DNA of 64,000 nucleotides from Chitinophaga pinensis. GTDB lineage: Bacteria; Bacteroidota; Bacteroidia; NS11-12g; UBA9320. The notes under the pieces were generated by a model. It saw only the letters and a list, made by a program, of their open reading frames with translations. It was not told where the DNA came from and ran no database searches. The position numbers were made by a program, and so were the translations under genes. Positions 19,871 through 30,378 of the stretch are shown piece after piece (position 1 is the stretch's first letter; the number at the start of each line of letters is the position of its first letter). The stretch lies in contig CAMDBP010000002.1 of assembly GCA_945889315.1 (NCBI GenBank), positions 11,466-75,465 on the forward strand, written 5' to 3'.

Positions 19871-21025
19871 TTGAGCAGATACGAAAAGAGGGGAGTTTCT
19901 TCGCAAAAAGAAGACGTACACAAGGCTATTACAAATGTAGATAAAGGCATTTTCCCAAATGCCTTCTGCAAAGTTGTAGAAGATTACCTGGGGGGAGATT
20001 CAACATATTGCAACATAGTGCACGCTGATGGAGCAGGTACCAAATCATCATTAGCCTATATTTATTGGAAAGAAACAGGAGATTTAAGCGTTTGGCGCGG
20101 CATAGCACAAGATGCATTAGTCATGAATCTTGACGATATTATTTGTACGGGTGCAACTGGGCCTTTTTTGCTTTCTAACACCATTGGTAGGAACAAGCAC
20201 CTTATTCCCGGAGAAGTAATCAAAGAAATCATAGACGGCTTTGAAGAATGTATCGATACAATGGCAGCATTTGGTGTAAAGATCAAATTTACCGGCGGCG
20301 AAACTGCAGATGTAGGAGACTTAGTCAAAACACTAATAGTGGATAGTACTGTTGCTTGCAGACCTAAAAGAAGCGAAATTGTAGAAGTAGATATTCGCGA
20401 AGATGACGTGATAATTGGTTTTGCGTCATTTGGACAAGCTACGTATGAGTCATCGTACAATGCAGGAACAGGTTCTAATGGTCTAACCTCAGGTAGACAC
20501 GATTTATTGGCACATCACTATCATCAAAAATATCCTGAATCATATGATATAAATACAGATGAGGAATATATATACGCTGGAAATTTTAGCTTAACAGATA
20601 AGCTAGAAGGAACTCCGCTTGACATTGGCAAAGCACTTCTTAGTCCTACAAGAACATATGCACCTATCTTAAATAAAATTGTAGAAAACGAGAAACTAAA
20701 AAGTGCCATTCACGGAATAATTCATTGTACCGGAGGAGCGCAAACCAAAGTGATGAAATTCTTGGATAAACCGCTCCATATTATTAAAGATAATTTAATC
20801 GATATGCCTCCATTATTTAAAACCATACATGAAACCACGGGAACATCACTGAAGGAAATGTACGAAGTCTTTAACATGGGTCATCGCCTTGAAATTTATT
20901 GTGACAAAAATGTCGCCGAGGAGCTTATTGGAATCTCCAATAGTTTTAATATAGAAGCTAAAATAATAGGAAGATGTGAACCTCATGCTACCAAAAAGCT
21001 AACCATAGCAGGCATTGAATATTAA
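19871..21025 (+). CDS. purM: AIR synthase-related protein (Bacteroidota-type PurM, phosphoribosylformylglycinamidine cyclo-ligase-like)
   Basis: TTG start. 'RGVSSQKEDVHKAI...HADGAGTKSSLAYIYWKETGD' matches the long PurM form of Bacteroidota as I remember it. Confidence 0.65.
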   Translation: MSRYEKRGVSSQKEDVHKAITNVDKGIFPNAFCKVVEDYLGGDSTYCNIVHADGAGTKSSLAYIYWKETGDLSVWRGIAQDALVMNLDDIICTGATGPFLLSNTIGRNKHLIPGEVIKEIIDGFEECIDTMAAFGVKIKFTGGETADVGDLVKTLIVDSTVACRPKRSEIVEVDIREDDVIIGFASFGQATYESSYNAGTGSNGLTSGRHDLLAHHYHQKYPESYDINTDEEYIYAGNFSLTDKLEGTPLDIGKALLSPTRTYAPILNKIVENEKLKSAIHGIIHCTGGAQTKVMKFLDKPLHIIKDNLIDMPPLFKTIHETTGTSLKEMYEVFNMGHRLEIYCDKNVAEELIGISNSFNIEAKIIGRCEPHATKKLTIAGIEY

Positions 21026-21064
21026 TCGCGTTTTAAGCTTTCTATTTAGTCTACTTGTCTTCAT

Positions 21065-21072
21065 TATCTTTG
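21065..21072 (+). promoter_or_regulatory. -7 promoter box (TATCTTTG) for rlmN
   Basis: Exact TAnnTTTG, only 4 nt upstream of the GTG at 21077. Confidence 0.45.
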
Positions 21073-21076
21073 CCTT

Positions 21077-22108
21077 GTGATTAATATTCGATCGCTTTCC
21101 AAAGATGAACTTTTAGCCGCATGCGAAGCAATGGGTGAAAAAAAGTTTAGAGCCAACCAACTTTGGGAATGGTTATGGCAAAAAAGTGCTAGGTCTTTTG
21201 ATGAGATGACCAATTTATCGCTTGATTTTAGAGCTAAACTCAATGAAAATTATGCGATTTTGTGTATGACCATAGCCAACTCGCAAAAAAGCAGCGATGG
21301 AACCATAAAGTACGCTTTTAGACTAAATGACGGATTCCTAGTTGAAGGGGTTCTTATACCAACATCTGAACGTGTTACGGCCTGTATTTCATCACAAGTA
21401 GGATGTAGCCTAAGTTGTACTTTCTGTGCAACTGGTTTTATGAAAAGAGAACGAAATCTGCGCGCAGACGAGATGTATGACCAGGTAGCCATTCTGAGAT
21501 CAGAAGCCGAAAAAGAATATGGGATAAATCTTAGTAATATCGTACTTATGGGTATGGGCGAACCTTTACTTAATTACACCAATGTAATGAGTGGCATAGA
21601 GCGAATTACAGCTCCTGACGGCTTAGGGATGTCGCCACAGCGAATTACTCTCTCAACAGCAGGTGTTGCCAAAATGATTATGAAACTAGGCGATGACGGC
21701 GCTCGATTTAATTTAGCTCTCTCTTTGCACTCGGCAAATAATGAAAAAAGGAGTAAGATCATGCCGATCAATGACAGTAACTCCCTGGAGGACCTCATTG
21801 AAGCATTGAATTATTTCTACGATAAAACAGGCACCAGAGTTACTTTGGAATATTGCGTGATAAACGATATAAATGACGACCCATTTGAAGCAGAAGAACT
21901 GGTAGCCTTTGCCCGTCAAATTAAGTGTAAGATCAACTTAATAGAATATAACCCTATCGATTTAGCTGAATTTAAATCTAGCTCAGCAGAAAAAATTCAA
22001 GGGTTTGCCGACTATCTCGAAAAAAATAAGGTGATTGTGAACATTCGAAGAAGCAGAGGGAAGGATATTGACGCAGCGTGCGGTCAATTAGCTAATAAAC
22101 TTACTTAA
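21077..22108 (+). CDS. rlmN: 23S rRNA/tRNA (adenine-C2)-methyltransferase, radical SAM
   Basis: Radical-SAM 'CSLSCTFCATG', N-terminal 'FRANQLWEW', and C-terminal 'DIDAACGQL'. Confidence 0.9.
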   Translation: MINIRSLSKDELLAACEAMGEKKFRANQLWEWLWQKSARSFDEMTNLSLDFRAKLNENYAILCMTIANSQKSSDGTIKYAFRLNDGFLVEGVLIPTSERVTACISSQVGCSLSCTFCATGFMKRERNLRADEMYDQVAILRSEAEKEYGINLSNIVLMGMGEPLLNYTNVMSGIERITAPDGLGMSPQRITLSTAGVAKMIMKLGDDGARFNLALSLHSANNEKRSKIMPINDSNSLEDLIEALNYFYDKTGTRVTLEYCVINDINDDPFEAEELVAFARQIKCKINLIEYNPIDLAEFKSSSAEKIQGFADYLEKNKVIVNIRRSRGKDIDAACGQLANKLT

Positions 22109-22531
22109 AATTTTTTCGTTCTTGATCTGGTTAGTTGTTCTGCAGATATCCCTTTTACCAAACCATCCGTAGCGATTTTTGGATACCCATTGATAAACCT
22201 TATCTCTTTGTTTTGTAGGTACAAATCGAAATAATGTAAGCCAGCTCCAAGGCCATTTCATAAAATAACAAATTTGCAAAACTGCCTCGGACTCGCTATA
22301 TAAATGTCCATCCTTACAAAAAACAACACTATCCAATTGAGTATCCTCGGTCAATACTTCTAAAACTGATTTCCCATAAGCGCTTTGTAATGATGCAAAG
22401 TGTAAATTATTTCCATGTTCTCGGGCAATAACAAAATCAACCGAAGCATTGCACAGATTACATACACCATCAAAAAGAATTACGTTATTATATTGGTGAA
22501 ACTCGTAGTAACTCTTCTTCATCAAAGACAA
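22088..22531 (-). CDS. Thiol-disulfide oxidoreductase, DCC family (DUF393)
   Basis: 'FDGVCNLCNASVDF' is the D-x-x-C-x-x-C motif. The 3' end overlaps the rlmN 3' end by 21 nt (convergent genes). Confidence 0.75.
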   Translation of the reverse strand: MSLMKKSYYEFHQYNNVILFDGVCNLCNASVDFVIAREHGNNLHFASLQSAYGKSVLEVLTEDTQLDSVVFCKDGHLYSESEAVLQICYFMKWPWSWLTLFRFVPTKQRDKVYQWVSKNRYGWFGKRDICRTTNQIKNEKILSKFIS

Positions 22532-22572
22532 ATTTAACTCTGTATTTGTTAAAACGTTGATATTAGAATGGA

Positions 22573-22580
22573 TACCTTTG
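22573..22580 (+). promoter_or_regulatory. -7 promoter box (TACCTTTG) for the hscA-like gene
   Basis: Exact TAnnTTTG located inside the first codons of the track ORF (start 22568). This argues for the ATG at 22586 as the real start. Confidence 0.45.
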
Positions 22581-22585
22581 CATTC

Positions 22586-24436
22586 ATGGCTAAAATATCC
22601 ATAAATCTAACTTCGGGAACCGTTGCCAAAGATAATACTGTTATAGGCATCGACCTTGGCACTACTAACAGTTTAATAGCAACGGTTAATGAATTGGATA
22701 GGCAACCTTATTGCATTACCAAAGATGATGACAGTATTATCCCAAGCGCCTTATATTTTGGTGAGCAAATTCAAGTAGGCAAAAAGGCGATAGAAATGCT
22801 AGTGGAAGAACCACAAAACACTATTTACTCTATAAAAAGGCTACTAGGGAAAAGCTATCAAGACCTCGAAAATCACAATCACAAACTTAATTATACTATA
22901 GTTGACGAAGAAGATAAGCTTGTTGGCGTTAGAGTGGGTAACAAAAGCTACTCCCCTGTTGAGCTTTCTTCATACATCCTTAAAGAATTAAAAATAGTAG
23001 CAGAAAATAAACTAGGTTCAGCTGTAAGCAAAGTGGTTATAACGGTTCCGGCCTATTTTAACGACTCACAACGACAGGCAACAAGAGATGCTGGAAAATT
23101 AGCAGGTTTAGACGTACTACGTATAATAAACGAGCCAACCGCAGCTAGTTTAGCCTATGGCATTGGTCAAAATACGGACGAGCCTAAAACCGTTGCTGTA
23201 TATGACTTGGGTGGGGGCACATTTGATATTTCAATTCTAACCATACACGCTGGAATTTTTGAAGTATTATCTACTAATGGGGATACCTACTTAGGCGGTG
23301 ATGACATTGATAAAAGAATTGTAGCATTCTGGACGAATGAAAACCAATTAATCCCTAATAATTCGAGTGAAAATCAGGTTTTACGTTTAACCGCAGAGAA
23401 GGCCAAGAAAGAACTCAGTGCCGGAGAAACTTTTTCTGATTTTATTCAACTGGGCAATAAAACGTATGAAGTATTTTTATCTCGTGTGCAACTTAACGAG
23501 CTACTTATTCCTCTGTTAGCTAAAACCATGGATTGCTGCCAAAGCGCACTTAAAGATGCGGAACTAAAAGCTACAGATATAGACGAGATTGTTCTTGTTG
23601 GAGGTAGTACACGCATTCCGGCAGTAAAAAATGCAATACACCAATTTTTTAACTCCGCTAAAATTAATGATACCTTAAACCCAGATGAAGTAGTTGCCCT
23701 TGGCGCAGCCATTGAAGCAGATATTCTAGCAGGAAACCGAAAAGACATGTTGCTGTTAGATGTTACGCCTCTATCCTTGGGTATAGAAACCTTAGGCGGA
23801 TTAATGGATGTACTGATTCCAAGAAATACTAAAATACCAACAAAGCTGCGTAAAGAATACACAACTTCCGTTGACGGACAAGTAAACCTGCTCATAAATG
23901 TATATCAAGGAGAGCGCGAATTGGTTGCCGATAACAGAAAGCTGGGTGAGTTTATTCTCAAAGGTATCCCTGCAATGCCTGCTGGATTACCTAAGATAGC
24001 AATGACGTTTATGTTAAATGCTGATGGAATCTTGCAAGTAAGTGCCGAAGAAACGCGATCTGGCGTGAAACAAACAGTGGAGATGACGCCGCAGTATGGC
24101 CTTACTAATGAAGAAATAAAAAACATGTTGAGCAGTAGCTTGCTTTATGCGCAATCTGATATGGATATACGCTCATTTGTAGAATCTAAAACAGAAGCTG
24201 AACAACTTGTTTATGCCACCCAAAAGTTTATACGGGATCATGGAGATCTGCTCATGGAAGAGAACATCAGTATCATAAACGGGTATATCAGTGATATTCA
24301 AAATGCAATAGATTCCAAAAATAGAGATGCCATTGTTACCCACACTGATTATCTAAATATGTACAGTCGAGAGTTTGCAGAAAAAGCAATGGATAAAAAC
24401 ATCGCAAAAGCACTCCAAGGAAAAAAAATTGAATGA
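22586..24436 (+). CDS. hscA: Hsp70-family chaperone, HscA-like
   Basis: '[14 protein letters not shown]', '[20 protein letters not shown]', '[10 protein letters not shown]', and a C-terminal helical lid ending '...[16 protein letters not shown]'. This parallels E. coli HscA rather than DnaK. The alternative start is 22568. Confidence 0.7.
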   Translation: MAKISINLTSGTVAKDNTVIGIDLGTTNSLIATVNELDRQPYCITKDDDSIIPSALYFGEQIQVGKKAIEMLVEEPQNTIYSIKRLLGKSYQDLENHNHKLNYTIVDEEDKLVGVRVGNKSYSPVELSSYILKELKIVAENKLGSAVSKVVITVPAYFNDSQRQATRDAGKLAGLDVLRIINEPTAASLAYGIGQNTDEPKTVAVYDLGGGTFDISILTIHAGIFEVLSTNGDTYLGGDDIDKRIVAFWTNENQLIPNNSSENQVLRLTAEKAKKELSAGETFSDFIQLGNKTYEVFLSRVQLNELLIPLLAKTMDCCQSALKDAELKATDIDEIVLVGGSTRIPAVKNAIHQFFNSAKINDTLNPDEVVALGAAIEADILAGNRKDMLLLDVTPLSLGIETLGGLMDVLIPRNTKIPTKLRKEYTTSVDGQVNLLINVYQGERELVADNRKLGEFILKGIPAMPAGLPKIAMTFMLNADGILQVSAEETRSGVKQTVEMTPQYGLTNEEIKNMLSSSLLYAQSDMDIRSFVESKTEAEQLVYATQKFIRDHGDLLMEENISIINGYISDIQNAIDSKNRDAIVTHTDYLNMYSREFAEKAMDKNIAKALQGKKIE

Positions 24437-25047
24437 GAAACGTTATTTTTATACCGCTAATCTGTTTCGTTTCCGTTGTTTGTGCACAACAAACTAATGA
24501 CTTTCCTCATAAAGTAGGCATCAAAACCAATATTAGTATATCTACCTTACTAGGTTCGGAATTACAAGCTCCACGTCCAAAATTTGGCTACACCGCAGGT
24601 CCCTATCTTATTTTTAACCCTGAGAAAACATGGAGTTTATACACCGAAGCTGTAGGCAGCTTTCGTGGGTCTAAATTTAAAAATGGAGATACGGGTTATT
24701 CTCGTATCGCTACATTTTATATAGATGCATGCGTTCTACCTCTATACAACATACCCAAAAGTAATAAAGCCATTTCTTTGGGTCCTTATGCCTCGTATCT
24801 TGGACTATCGTCTCTATTTATAGGAGCGAAGAAAAAACCGGAGATAAATGATATTGGTTTCAAAAATTATGATCTTGGGGTTGCATCTTACTATCACATA
24901 AAAGGCGAAATCGTATCTTTTCAATTTGGCGGTAAACTCGCCTTGATAAATGCCAATAGGGATGTCAATTTTGTAGGATATTATCCCAAAACAGGAAATG
25001 GCGGTATGATAAGAAGTATTTGTTTTGAGGTAGGACTGGCTTTCTAA
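24433..25047 (+). CDS. Outer-membrane beta-barrel (porin-family) protein
   Basis: Signal peptide '[19 protein letters not shown]', alternating beta-strand pattern, and C-terminal 'FEVGLAF'. The ATGA overlap joins it to the hscA stop. Confidence 0.65.
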   Translation: MRNVIFIPLICFVSVVCAQQTNDFPHKVGIKTNISISTLLGSELQAPRPKFGYTAGPYLIFNPEKTWSLYTEAVGSFRGSKFKNGDTGYSRIATFYIDACVLPLYNIPKSNKAISLGPYASYLGLSSLFIGAKKKPEINDIGFKNYDLGVASYYHIKGEIVSFQFGGKLALINANRDVNFVGYYPKTGNGGMIRSICFEVGLAF

Positions 25048-25110
25048 ATCCAAATAGTCGCAGAAAGTTGTAGTAAATATACACCTAGATCACAGGAAAT
25101 TGAACAATAT

Positions 25111-25146
25111 AAAAAAGCCCCGCTAAACGTTTAGCGGGGCTTTTTG
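25111..25146. terminator. Bidirectional rho-independent terminator
   Basis: Perfect palindrome GCCCCGCTAAAC/GTTTAGCGGGGC (25117-25140), flanked by A6 upstream and T5 downstream, between convergent genes. Confidence 0.85.
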
Positions 25147-25175
25147 TTACATTTCTTTATGAAAGATGCGTTCTT

Positions 25176-25397
25176 TTACAATTCGTCTTGGTTAAAAAAG
25201 TAATCGTCTGTTGACGGATACTCAGACCAAATTTCTTCAATTGTCTCAAAAGGTTCGCCATCGTCTTCAAGTTCTTGCAGGTTTTCTACCACTTCTAGAG
25301 GTGCACCTGTTCGAATCGCAAAGTCAATAAGTTCATCCTTAGTTGCAGGCCAAGGAGCGTCATCCAAATAAGATGCTAATTCTAAAGTCCAATACAT
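25176..25397 (-). CDS. DUF2795 domain protein
   Basis: 73 aa. 'YLDDAPWPATKDELIDFAIRTGAPLEVVENLQEL' is the DUF2795 pattern. Confidence 0.7.
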   Translation of the reverse strand: MYWTLELASYLDDAPWPATKDELIDFAIRTGAPLEVVENLQELEDDGEPFETIEEIWSEYPSTDDYFFNQDEL

Positions 25398-25519
25398 TTT
25401 GTTTAATTTTTATTTTGGTTAAACATTTAGGGGCAAATAAACTGCCCATTAATTTGATTGCGAAAATAAAAATTTAAACCAATTTTTTGAATAAAATAAT
25501 AATGGACTTAATCCTCTGA

Positions 25520-26254
25520 TTACTTGGAATATAAGGCATGGAGTAAAATGCCAGCTGCTACTGAAACATTCAAAGAGTCGACACTTTCTTGCATTTTTAT
25601 TCTTACAATGGCATCCATTTCTGCGAGCCGTTCTCTACTAAGCCCTTTATCTTCATTTCCCATCCATAGCACCCAAGAGTCTAACCCTGTAAACGATGTT
25701 AACTCCAAAAAGCTCTCTGATTTTTCACTAGCTGCTATTTGTTTCAAGCCCCAGCTTTTCAAATAATCTAGTGTATTGGATAAGCTACTAACTCGCGCTA
25801 CCGGTAATTTTAAGAGTGCACCAGCACTTGATTTTATGGCTCCTTCACCAATTTCAGCATTTGCCTTTACCCCAACTATCATGAGATCTACCCCAAACGC
25901 TACACAGGATCGTGCTATAGCACCTATGTTGCGTATGTCTTGCACCCCGTCAGCTATTAGTATCTTAGGAGGTTTCCCTTCTTCAAACATTCGTGTGATC
26001 GTTTCTTCAAGTGGCACAAAATCAATAGGACTTATTACCGCAATTACACCTTGATGATTAGCACGGGTAATTCTATTCAGTTTCTCTATAGGCACCATCT
26101 GAAATGGTGTGTCGCTCTCTTTTGCTAACAGACGAAGAGCCCCAATTTTTTGCTTATCGGCTTTCGCATTAATATATACCTTACCTATGGTTACTCTACT
26201 TTGCAGCAATTCCTCTACTGCGTGGTAACCAATAATTATACCTTCCTTGCTCAT
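25520..26254 (-). CDS. rlmB: 23S rRNA (guanosine-2'-O)-methyltransferase RlmB (SpoU/TrmH family)
   Basis: 244 aa. It has an N-terminal substrate-binding domain and a SpoU knot region 'NIGAIARS...LWMGNEDKGLS...IKM...DSLNVSVAAGILL'. Confidence 0.8.
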   Translation of the reverse strand: MSKEGIIIGYHAVEELLQSRVTIGKVYINAKADKQKIGALRLLAKESDTPFQMVPIEKLNRITRANHQGVIAVISPIDFVPLEETITRMFEEGKPPKILIADGVQDIRNIGAIARSCVAFGVDLMIVGVKANAEIGEGAIKSSAGALLKLPVARVSSLSNTLDYLKSWGLKQIAASEKSESFLELTSFTGLDSWVLWMGNEDKGLSRERLAEMDAIVRIKMQESVDSLNVSVAAGILLHALYSK

Positions 26255-26266
26255 TCCTTATGCCTA

Positions 26267-29200
26267 TTAATAGGCGATATTAACTTGAGCATACAGGTCT
26301 TCATATTTCTTTGCCAAAGCATCTCGCTTATATGCTCTTGCTGCAGCAGCAACATTACGTAGAATCTCAATATTATCACGCTTATCCCCCTCCACACTTT
26401 GAATACCTTTGGTTTTAAACTTGTTATAATATTGCACCTCTTCAAATGCGGCATCTCCTACTGCTGACAAATATTTGTCACCTTTTTCTAGTTGACTACA
26501 TCTATAATAAATATCTGCACTTGCGGCCTTTAATCTAAGATCCATTGGTAATAAACTTTCTGGCATAGATGCAAAGCACTTATCAATCATTTTAGCTGCC
26601 GAATCTAATCTTCCAGTGCGTGAATGATAATCAGCTACAGATACGAATAATTGACGAAGGTTTTGTGGAACCAACTGAGCTTTATCATCCAAATACATAG
26701 TTCCTTTGTCCATATTACCCCAAACATACACATTCATCAACGTATTGTACAGCTTGTCCATGTCGTCCATACCTCGCATGTTTGGTTGTCTTTCTACCGG
26801 AAGTAATTGATAAGTTAGACCATTGTGTCGTAAGTATTTATCCATATTCATATATACTTCAGAACCCGTTGTTGTTGTCCAATAGATCGGTCTTGTCCAA
26901 CCATTTTTTGCGTTTGTTGCTATGATATCAAGCACCGTGATATCCCCCTTATGTAATGCAGTCTTTCCTATGTTCCATCGCATTTTGTCTACGATTTTAT
27001 CATAATCTCCTGCTGGAAGATAGCCTGTTTTAATAACTGCTTCTTTATCTACTTCTATACTAAAATTTTTCACAGGGAAATAGTTTTCGCGTTCATCTCT
27101 GCTGGTAACAAATTCAGTCTTGCTATCATCAGTCATAAAGCCTAGGACTTGATCAAGTGGATAAAACTGATTTTGATCTAGTGTTCGATTGTCCATGAAT
27201 CTCACATAATCACGTTTCCCTGCTACTATACTTTCTGCAGGTATAGACATAGGTAGTGGTTCAGAATCAAACACTTTTTTTCTTAAGGCGCTACTGTACC
27301 ATTCCGTTGGCAAAAGACTTAAATTGATAATTCGTATATCGGTTCTAATGCCTTCCACGTTTTGGGCATACCACAATGGATAGGTGTCGTTATCGCCATT
27401 GGTAAATAGAATGGCATTCTTTTCACAGCTTTCTAAATAGTTTTTTGCAAAGGATATTCCCAAATATCTATCTGATCTATCATGATCATCCCAGTTTTGC
27501 GAACCCATTAAAAATGGTGCGGCAAACAATGCTAGAGCTGTGGCTCCCACTGCAGTTAGTGTTTTTGCATTTTTATTTTTTACCAAGTCTACTAAGAAAA
27601 GTACACTTAGACCAATCCAAATACAGAAAACTTGATAAGACCCAACGTTGGTGTAATCTCTTTCGCGTGGCTCCATTGGAGGTTGATTAAGGTATATTAC
27701 AACCAAAATACCCGTAAATACAAACATTACCAATACCGAGTAGAAATCCATTTTAGCTCTTTTAAACATGACGATCATACCTAAAATTCCCAAAATAAGT
27801 GGTAAGAAATAATATACGTTTCTACCCTTGTTGTATTCCATTTGACTGGTAACCTGCTGTGGTGCGCGCAACCTCCATTCGTCAAAGCCTGTTACACCAG
27901 AAATCCAATTTCCTTGTTGGCTATTGCCCGTTACGTTCTGAAGATCGTTTTGACGACCTACAAAATTCCACATGAAATACCTCCAATACATCCAACCTAA
28001 TTGATACCTGAACATAAAGGTCATATTGTTCCCAAAACTAGGTTTAGTTTCTTTTGCCGTTTTTAATTGTTCTTGTAATTCTGCATTCGTTGGATCTTGT
28101 TGAACCTTTTGCTCCAAGCTTCTGATGCTATAGAACATCTCATCCATATCGCACCAGATAGGATAGTAATCAGATTTTTCTGACATATCACCCATTCTAG
28201 GTAGCAAGGTTGTACTTCTTGGGTCAAACTCATATTCTTGCTTTTCGCCAGTTACAATATACTCTCCATCGCCTCTTCTATAGTTTTTGCCTGTCTCAAT
28301 AATTCCGGTAGGTTGTGCATTCCAATACGGTCCGCTTATTAATGGTCTAGACCCATATTGTTCACGATTAATATAGCTCAACAAACTTTGAGCATCTTGA
28401 GGATCATTCATGTTTATGGCTGGACCTGCAATAGATCGGATAACAACCATAGAGTATGAGGAGAAGCCAAGCATAACAAACGCATAGCATAAAATCACTA
28501 AATTAGCCATTGGCTTATTCTTCTTTATAGTGTAGTTCAATCCAAAAACAATTGCCAAGACTATTAGTAGTAAGAAAAATACTACTCCAGAATTAAATGG
28601 TAATCCAAAACTATTTACAAAAATTCTATCGAAGAAAGCAGCAACTTCTGGTGTCTTCGGGATAACCACCCACTGTAAAAGCGCAATAGAACCAAGACCA
28701 ATAGCCGTAGCTTTTAGAATGTTGCTTCTTGATGCACCAAATTTATTGATGAAATAATAAAGTATGATAGCCGGAACAACCAATAAGTTTAATAAGTGTA
28801 AGCCTATACCTAAACCTATTACATAAGCTATAAATACAATCCATCTATCTGACGTAGGCTCGTCTTTTACACGCTCCCATTTCAAAATTGCCCAAAATGC
28901 GAGAGCCATAAAGCAAGATGACGCGGCATATACCTCCGCCTCTACTGCACTAAACCAGAACGTATCCATAAAGGTAACTGACAAAGCAGCTACAAGTCCA
29001 GAACCCAAAATGGCTATAGCACTACTTAGCTCTATATTTGAGATATTCAAATCTAGTTTAAGTATTTTTTTTGCAAAATGTGTTGTAATCCAAAAGGTAA
29101 ACATAACGGTAGCCGCACTTGCGACTGCACTTAACATGTTGACCGCAATTGCTACTTCATTTGTCCCTTTGGCTGCAAACAGGGTAAAGATCCTGCCCAA

Positions 29201-29377
29201 CATCAAAAACAATGGTGCTCCTGGAGGATGCACTACTTGAAGTCTGTATGATGCCGATATAAATTCACCACAATCCCATAAACTTACAGAGGGTTCTAGT
29301 GTAAGAATATACACAACTAATGCAATTACAAAGGTTAACCAACCACCTATGGTATTTATACGTTTAAAATTATTCAT
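26267..29377 (-). CDS. DUF2723-family giant polytopic membrane protein (GT-C/PMT-like glycosyltransferase fold) with a TPR-like C-terminus
   Basis: 1036 aa. The N-terminus 'TLEPSVSLWDCGEFISASYRLQVVHPPGAPLF' is the DUF2723 hallmark. It has many TM helices. Confidence 0.75.
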   Translation of the reverse strand: MNNFKRINTIGGWLTFVIALVVYILTLEPSVSLWDCGEFISASYRLQVVHPPGAPLFLMLGRIFTLFAAKGTNEVAIAVNMLSAVASAATVMFTFWITTHFAKKILKLDLNISNIELSSAIAILGSGLVAALSVTFMDTFWFSAVEAEVYAASSCFMALAFWAILKWERVKDEPTSDRWIVFIAYVIGLGIGLHLLNLLVVPAIILYYFINKFGASRSNILKATAIGLGSIALLQWVVIPKTPEVAAFFDRIFVNSFGLPFNSGVVFFLLLIVLAIVFGLNYTIKKNKPMANLVILCYAFVMLGFSSYSMVVIRSIAGPAINMNDPQDAQSLLSYINREQYGSRPLISGPYWNAQPTGIIETGKNYRRGDGEYIVTGEKQEYEFDPRSTTLLPRMGDMSEKSDYYPIWCDMDEMFYSIRSLEQKVQQDPTNAELQEQLKTAKETKPSFGNNMTFMFRYQLGWMYWRYFMWNFVGRQNDLQNVTGNSQQGNWISGVTGFDEWRLRAPQQVTSQMEYNKGRNVYYFLPLILGILGMIVMFKRAKMDFYSVLVMFVFTGILVVIYLNQPPMEPRERDYTNVGSYQVFCIWIGLSVLFLVDLVKNKNAKTLTAVGATALALFAAPFLMGSQNWDDHDRSDRYLGISFAKNYLESCEKNAILFTNGDNDTYPLWYAQNVEGIRTDIRIINLSLLPTEWYSSALRKKVFDSEPLPMSIPAESIVAGKRDYVRFMDNRTLDQNQFYPLDQVLGFMTDDSKTEFVTSRDERENYFPVKNFSIEVDKEAVIKTGYLPAGDYDKIVDKMRWNIGKTALHKGDITVLDIIATNAKNGWTRPIYWTTTTGSEVYMNMDKYLRHNGLTYQLLPVERQPNMRGMDDMDKLYNTLMNVYVWGNMDKGTMYLDDKAQLVPQNLRQLFVSVADYHSRTGRLDSAAKMIDKCFASMPESLLPMDLRLKAASADIYYRCSQLEKGDKYLSAVGDAAFEEVQYYNKFKTKGIQSVEGDKRDNIEILRNVAAAARAYKRDALAKKYEDLYAQVNIAY

Positions 29378-29478
29378 TCTACTTTGATACGTCTTTTGTT
29401 AAACGGCGAAAATAAAGATTTATACCGTTCTGTTTTTGAAAAATTGTGTAATCATTTTTTAGAAGCGCAGAAAGGCAT

Positions 29479-29486
29479 TATTTTTG
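29479..29486 (+). promoter_or_regulatory. -7 promoter box (TATTTTTG) for the 2OG oxygenase gene
   Basis: Exact TAnnTTTG, 20 nt upstream of the ATG at 29507. Confidence 0.5.
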
Positions 29487-29506
29487 ACCGTATAAATAGG
29501 ACATAA

Positions 29507-30346
29507 ATGTTAATTGGAGATTACACAATATTAAATAAAAACTACGCAGAACTTATCGATTTTGCTAAATCTCACGCCTCTAGTTATCAAAACGCAGATC
29601 CTTTTCCCAGTATATACTTTGATAATTTTTTTAACGAAGAATTTTTAAGTGATGTACTATCTGAGTTTCCTGAACTCGGGGATAAAAGCGATATACAGTA
29701 CAGCAACCCTAATGAAATAAAACTAGCTAGCAGGGGTGAGCAAAAATTTGGACCCAAAACCAAAGTGTTAATGCACTTTCTAAATTCAGAGCCCTTTCTG
29801 ATGTTTTTAAGTGAGCTTTCCGGAATAACCAACTTAATAGCAGATCCTTATTTTGAAGGAGGAGGTTGCCATCAAATAAAACCAGGAGGTATGTTAAAAA
29901 TACATGCTGATTTCAATAAGCACCGCACCTTAGGCATAGACCGCAGATTAAACTTTTTGATTTACTTAAATAAAGATTGGAAAGAAGAATATGGTGGTCA
30001 TTTTGAACTCTGGAAAACGGATATGTCTGAAAGCCGCGCTAAAATTTTACCCCTTTTTAATCGTGTCGCTATGTTTTCTACTACAGATTATAGTTTTCAC
30101 GGACATCCCGACAAGCTTAATTGCCCAGAAGATAGAAGCAGAAAATCCTTAGCCTTATATTATTACACCAACGGCAGGCCTAAAGAAGAAGTAAATGACG
30201 GCTTAGAGGACCACACCACTCTGTTTAAAGAGCGCAAAGGGGTTGACTCGGCATCCATGAAAGTATACAATAGCTTGGTAAATCTTGCCGTAGATGTAAT
30301 GCCGCCCATACTTTATCGTACATTGCGTAACATCAGAAAAAAATAG
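29507..30346 (+). CDS. 2OG-Fe(II) oxygenase (prolyl 4-hydroxylase-like)
   Basis: The 'KIHADF' (H-x-D), 'FHGHP' and 'RKSLALYYY' motif spacing is typical of the 2OG-Fe(II) oxygenase superfamily. Confidence 0.7.
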   Translation: MLIGDYTILNKNYAELIDFAKSHASSYQNADPFPSIYFDNFFNEEFLSDVLSEFPELGDKSDIQYSNPNEIKLASRGEQKFGPKTKVLMHFLNSEPFLMFLSELSGITNLIADPYFEGGGCHQIKPGGMLKIHADFNKHRTLGIDRRLNFLIYLNKDWKEEYGGHFELWKTDMSESRAKILPLFNRVAMFSTTDYSFHGHPDKLNCPEDRSRKSLALYYYTNGRPKEEVNDGLEDHTTLFKERKGVDSASMKVYNSLVNLAVDVMPPILYRTLRNIRKK

Positions 30347-30378
30347 TTGCACCATCTATTATTAGCTTACAAATATCC

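Noticed and set aside
22088-22108. 21-nt 3'-3' overlap of the convergent rlmN and DCC-family genes
   Set aside because: The overlap is real but is a common consequence of compaction. There is no structure or extra signal to suggest regulation.
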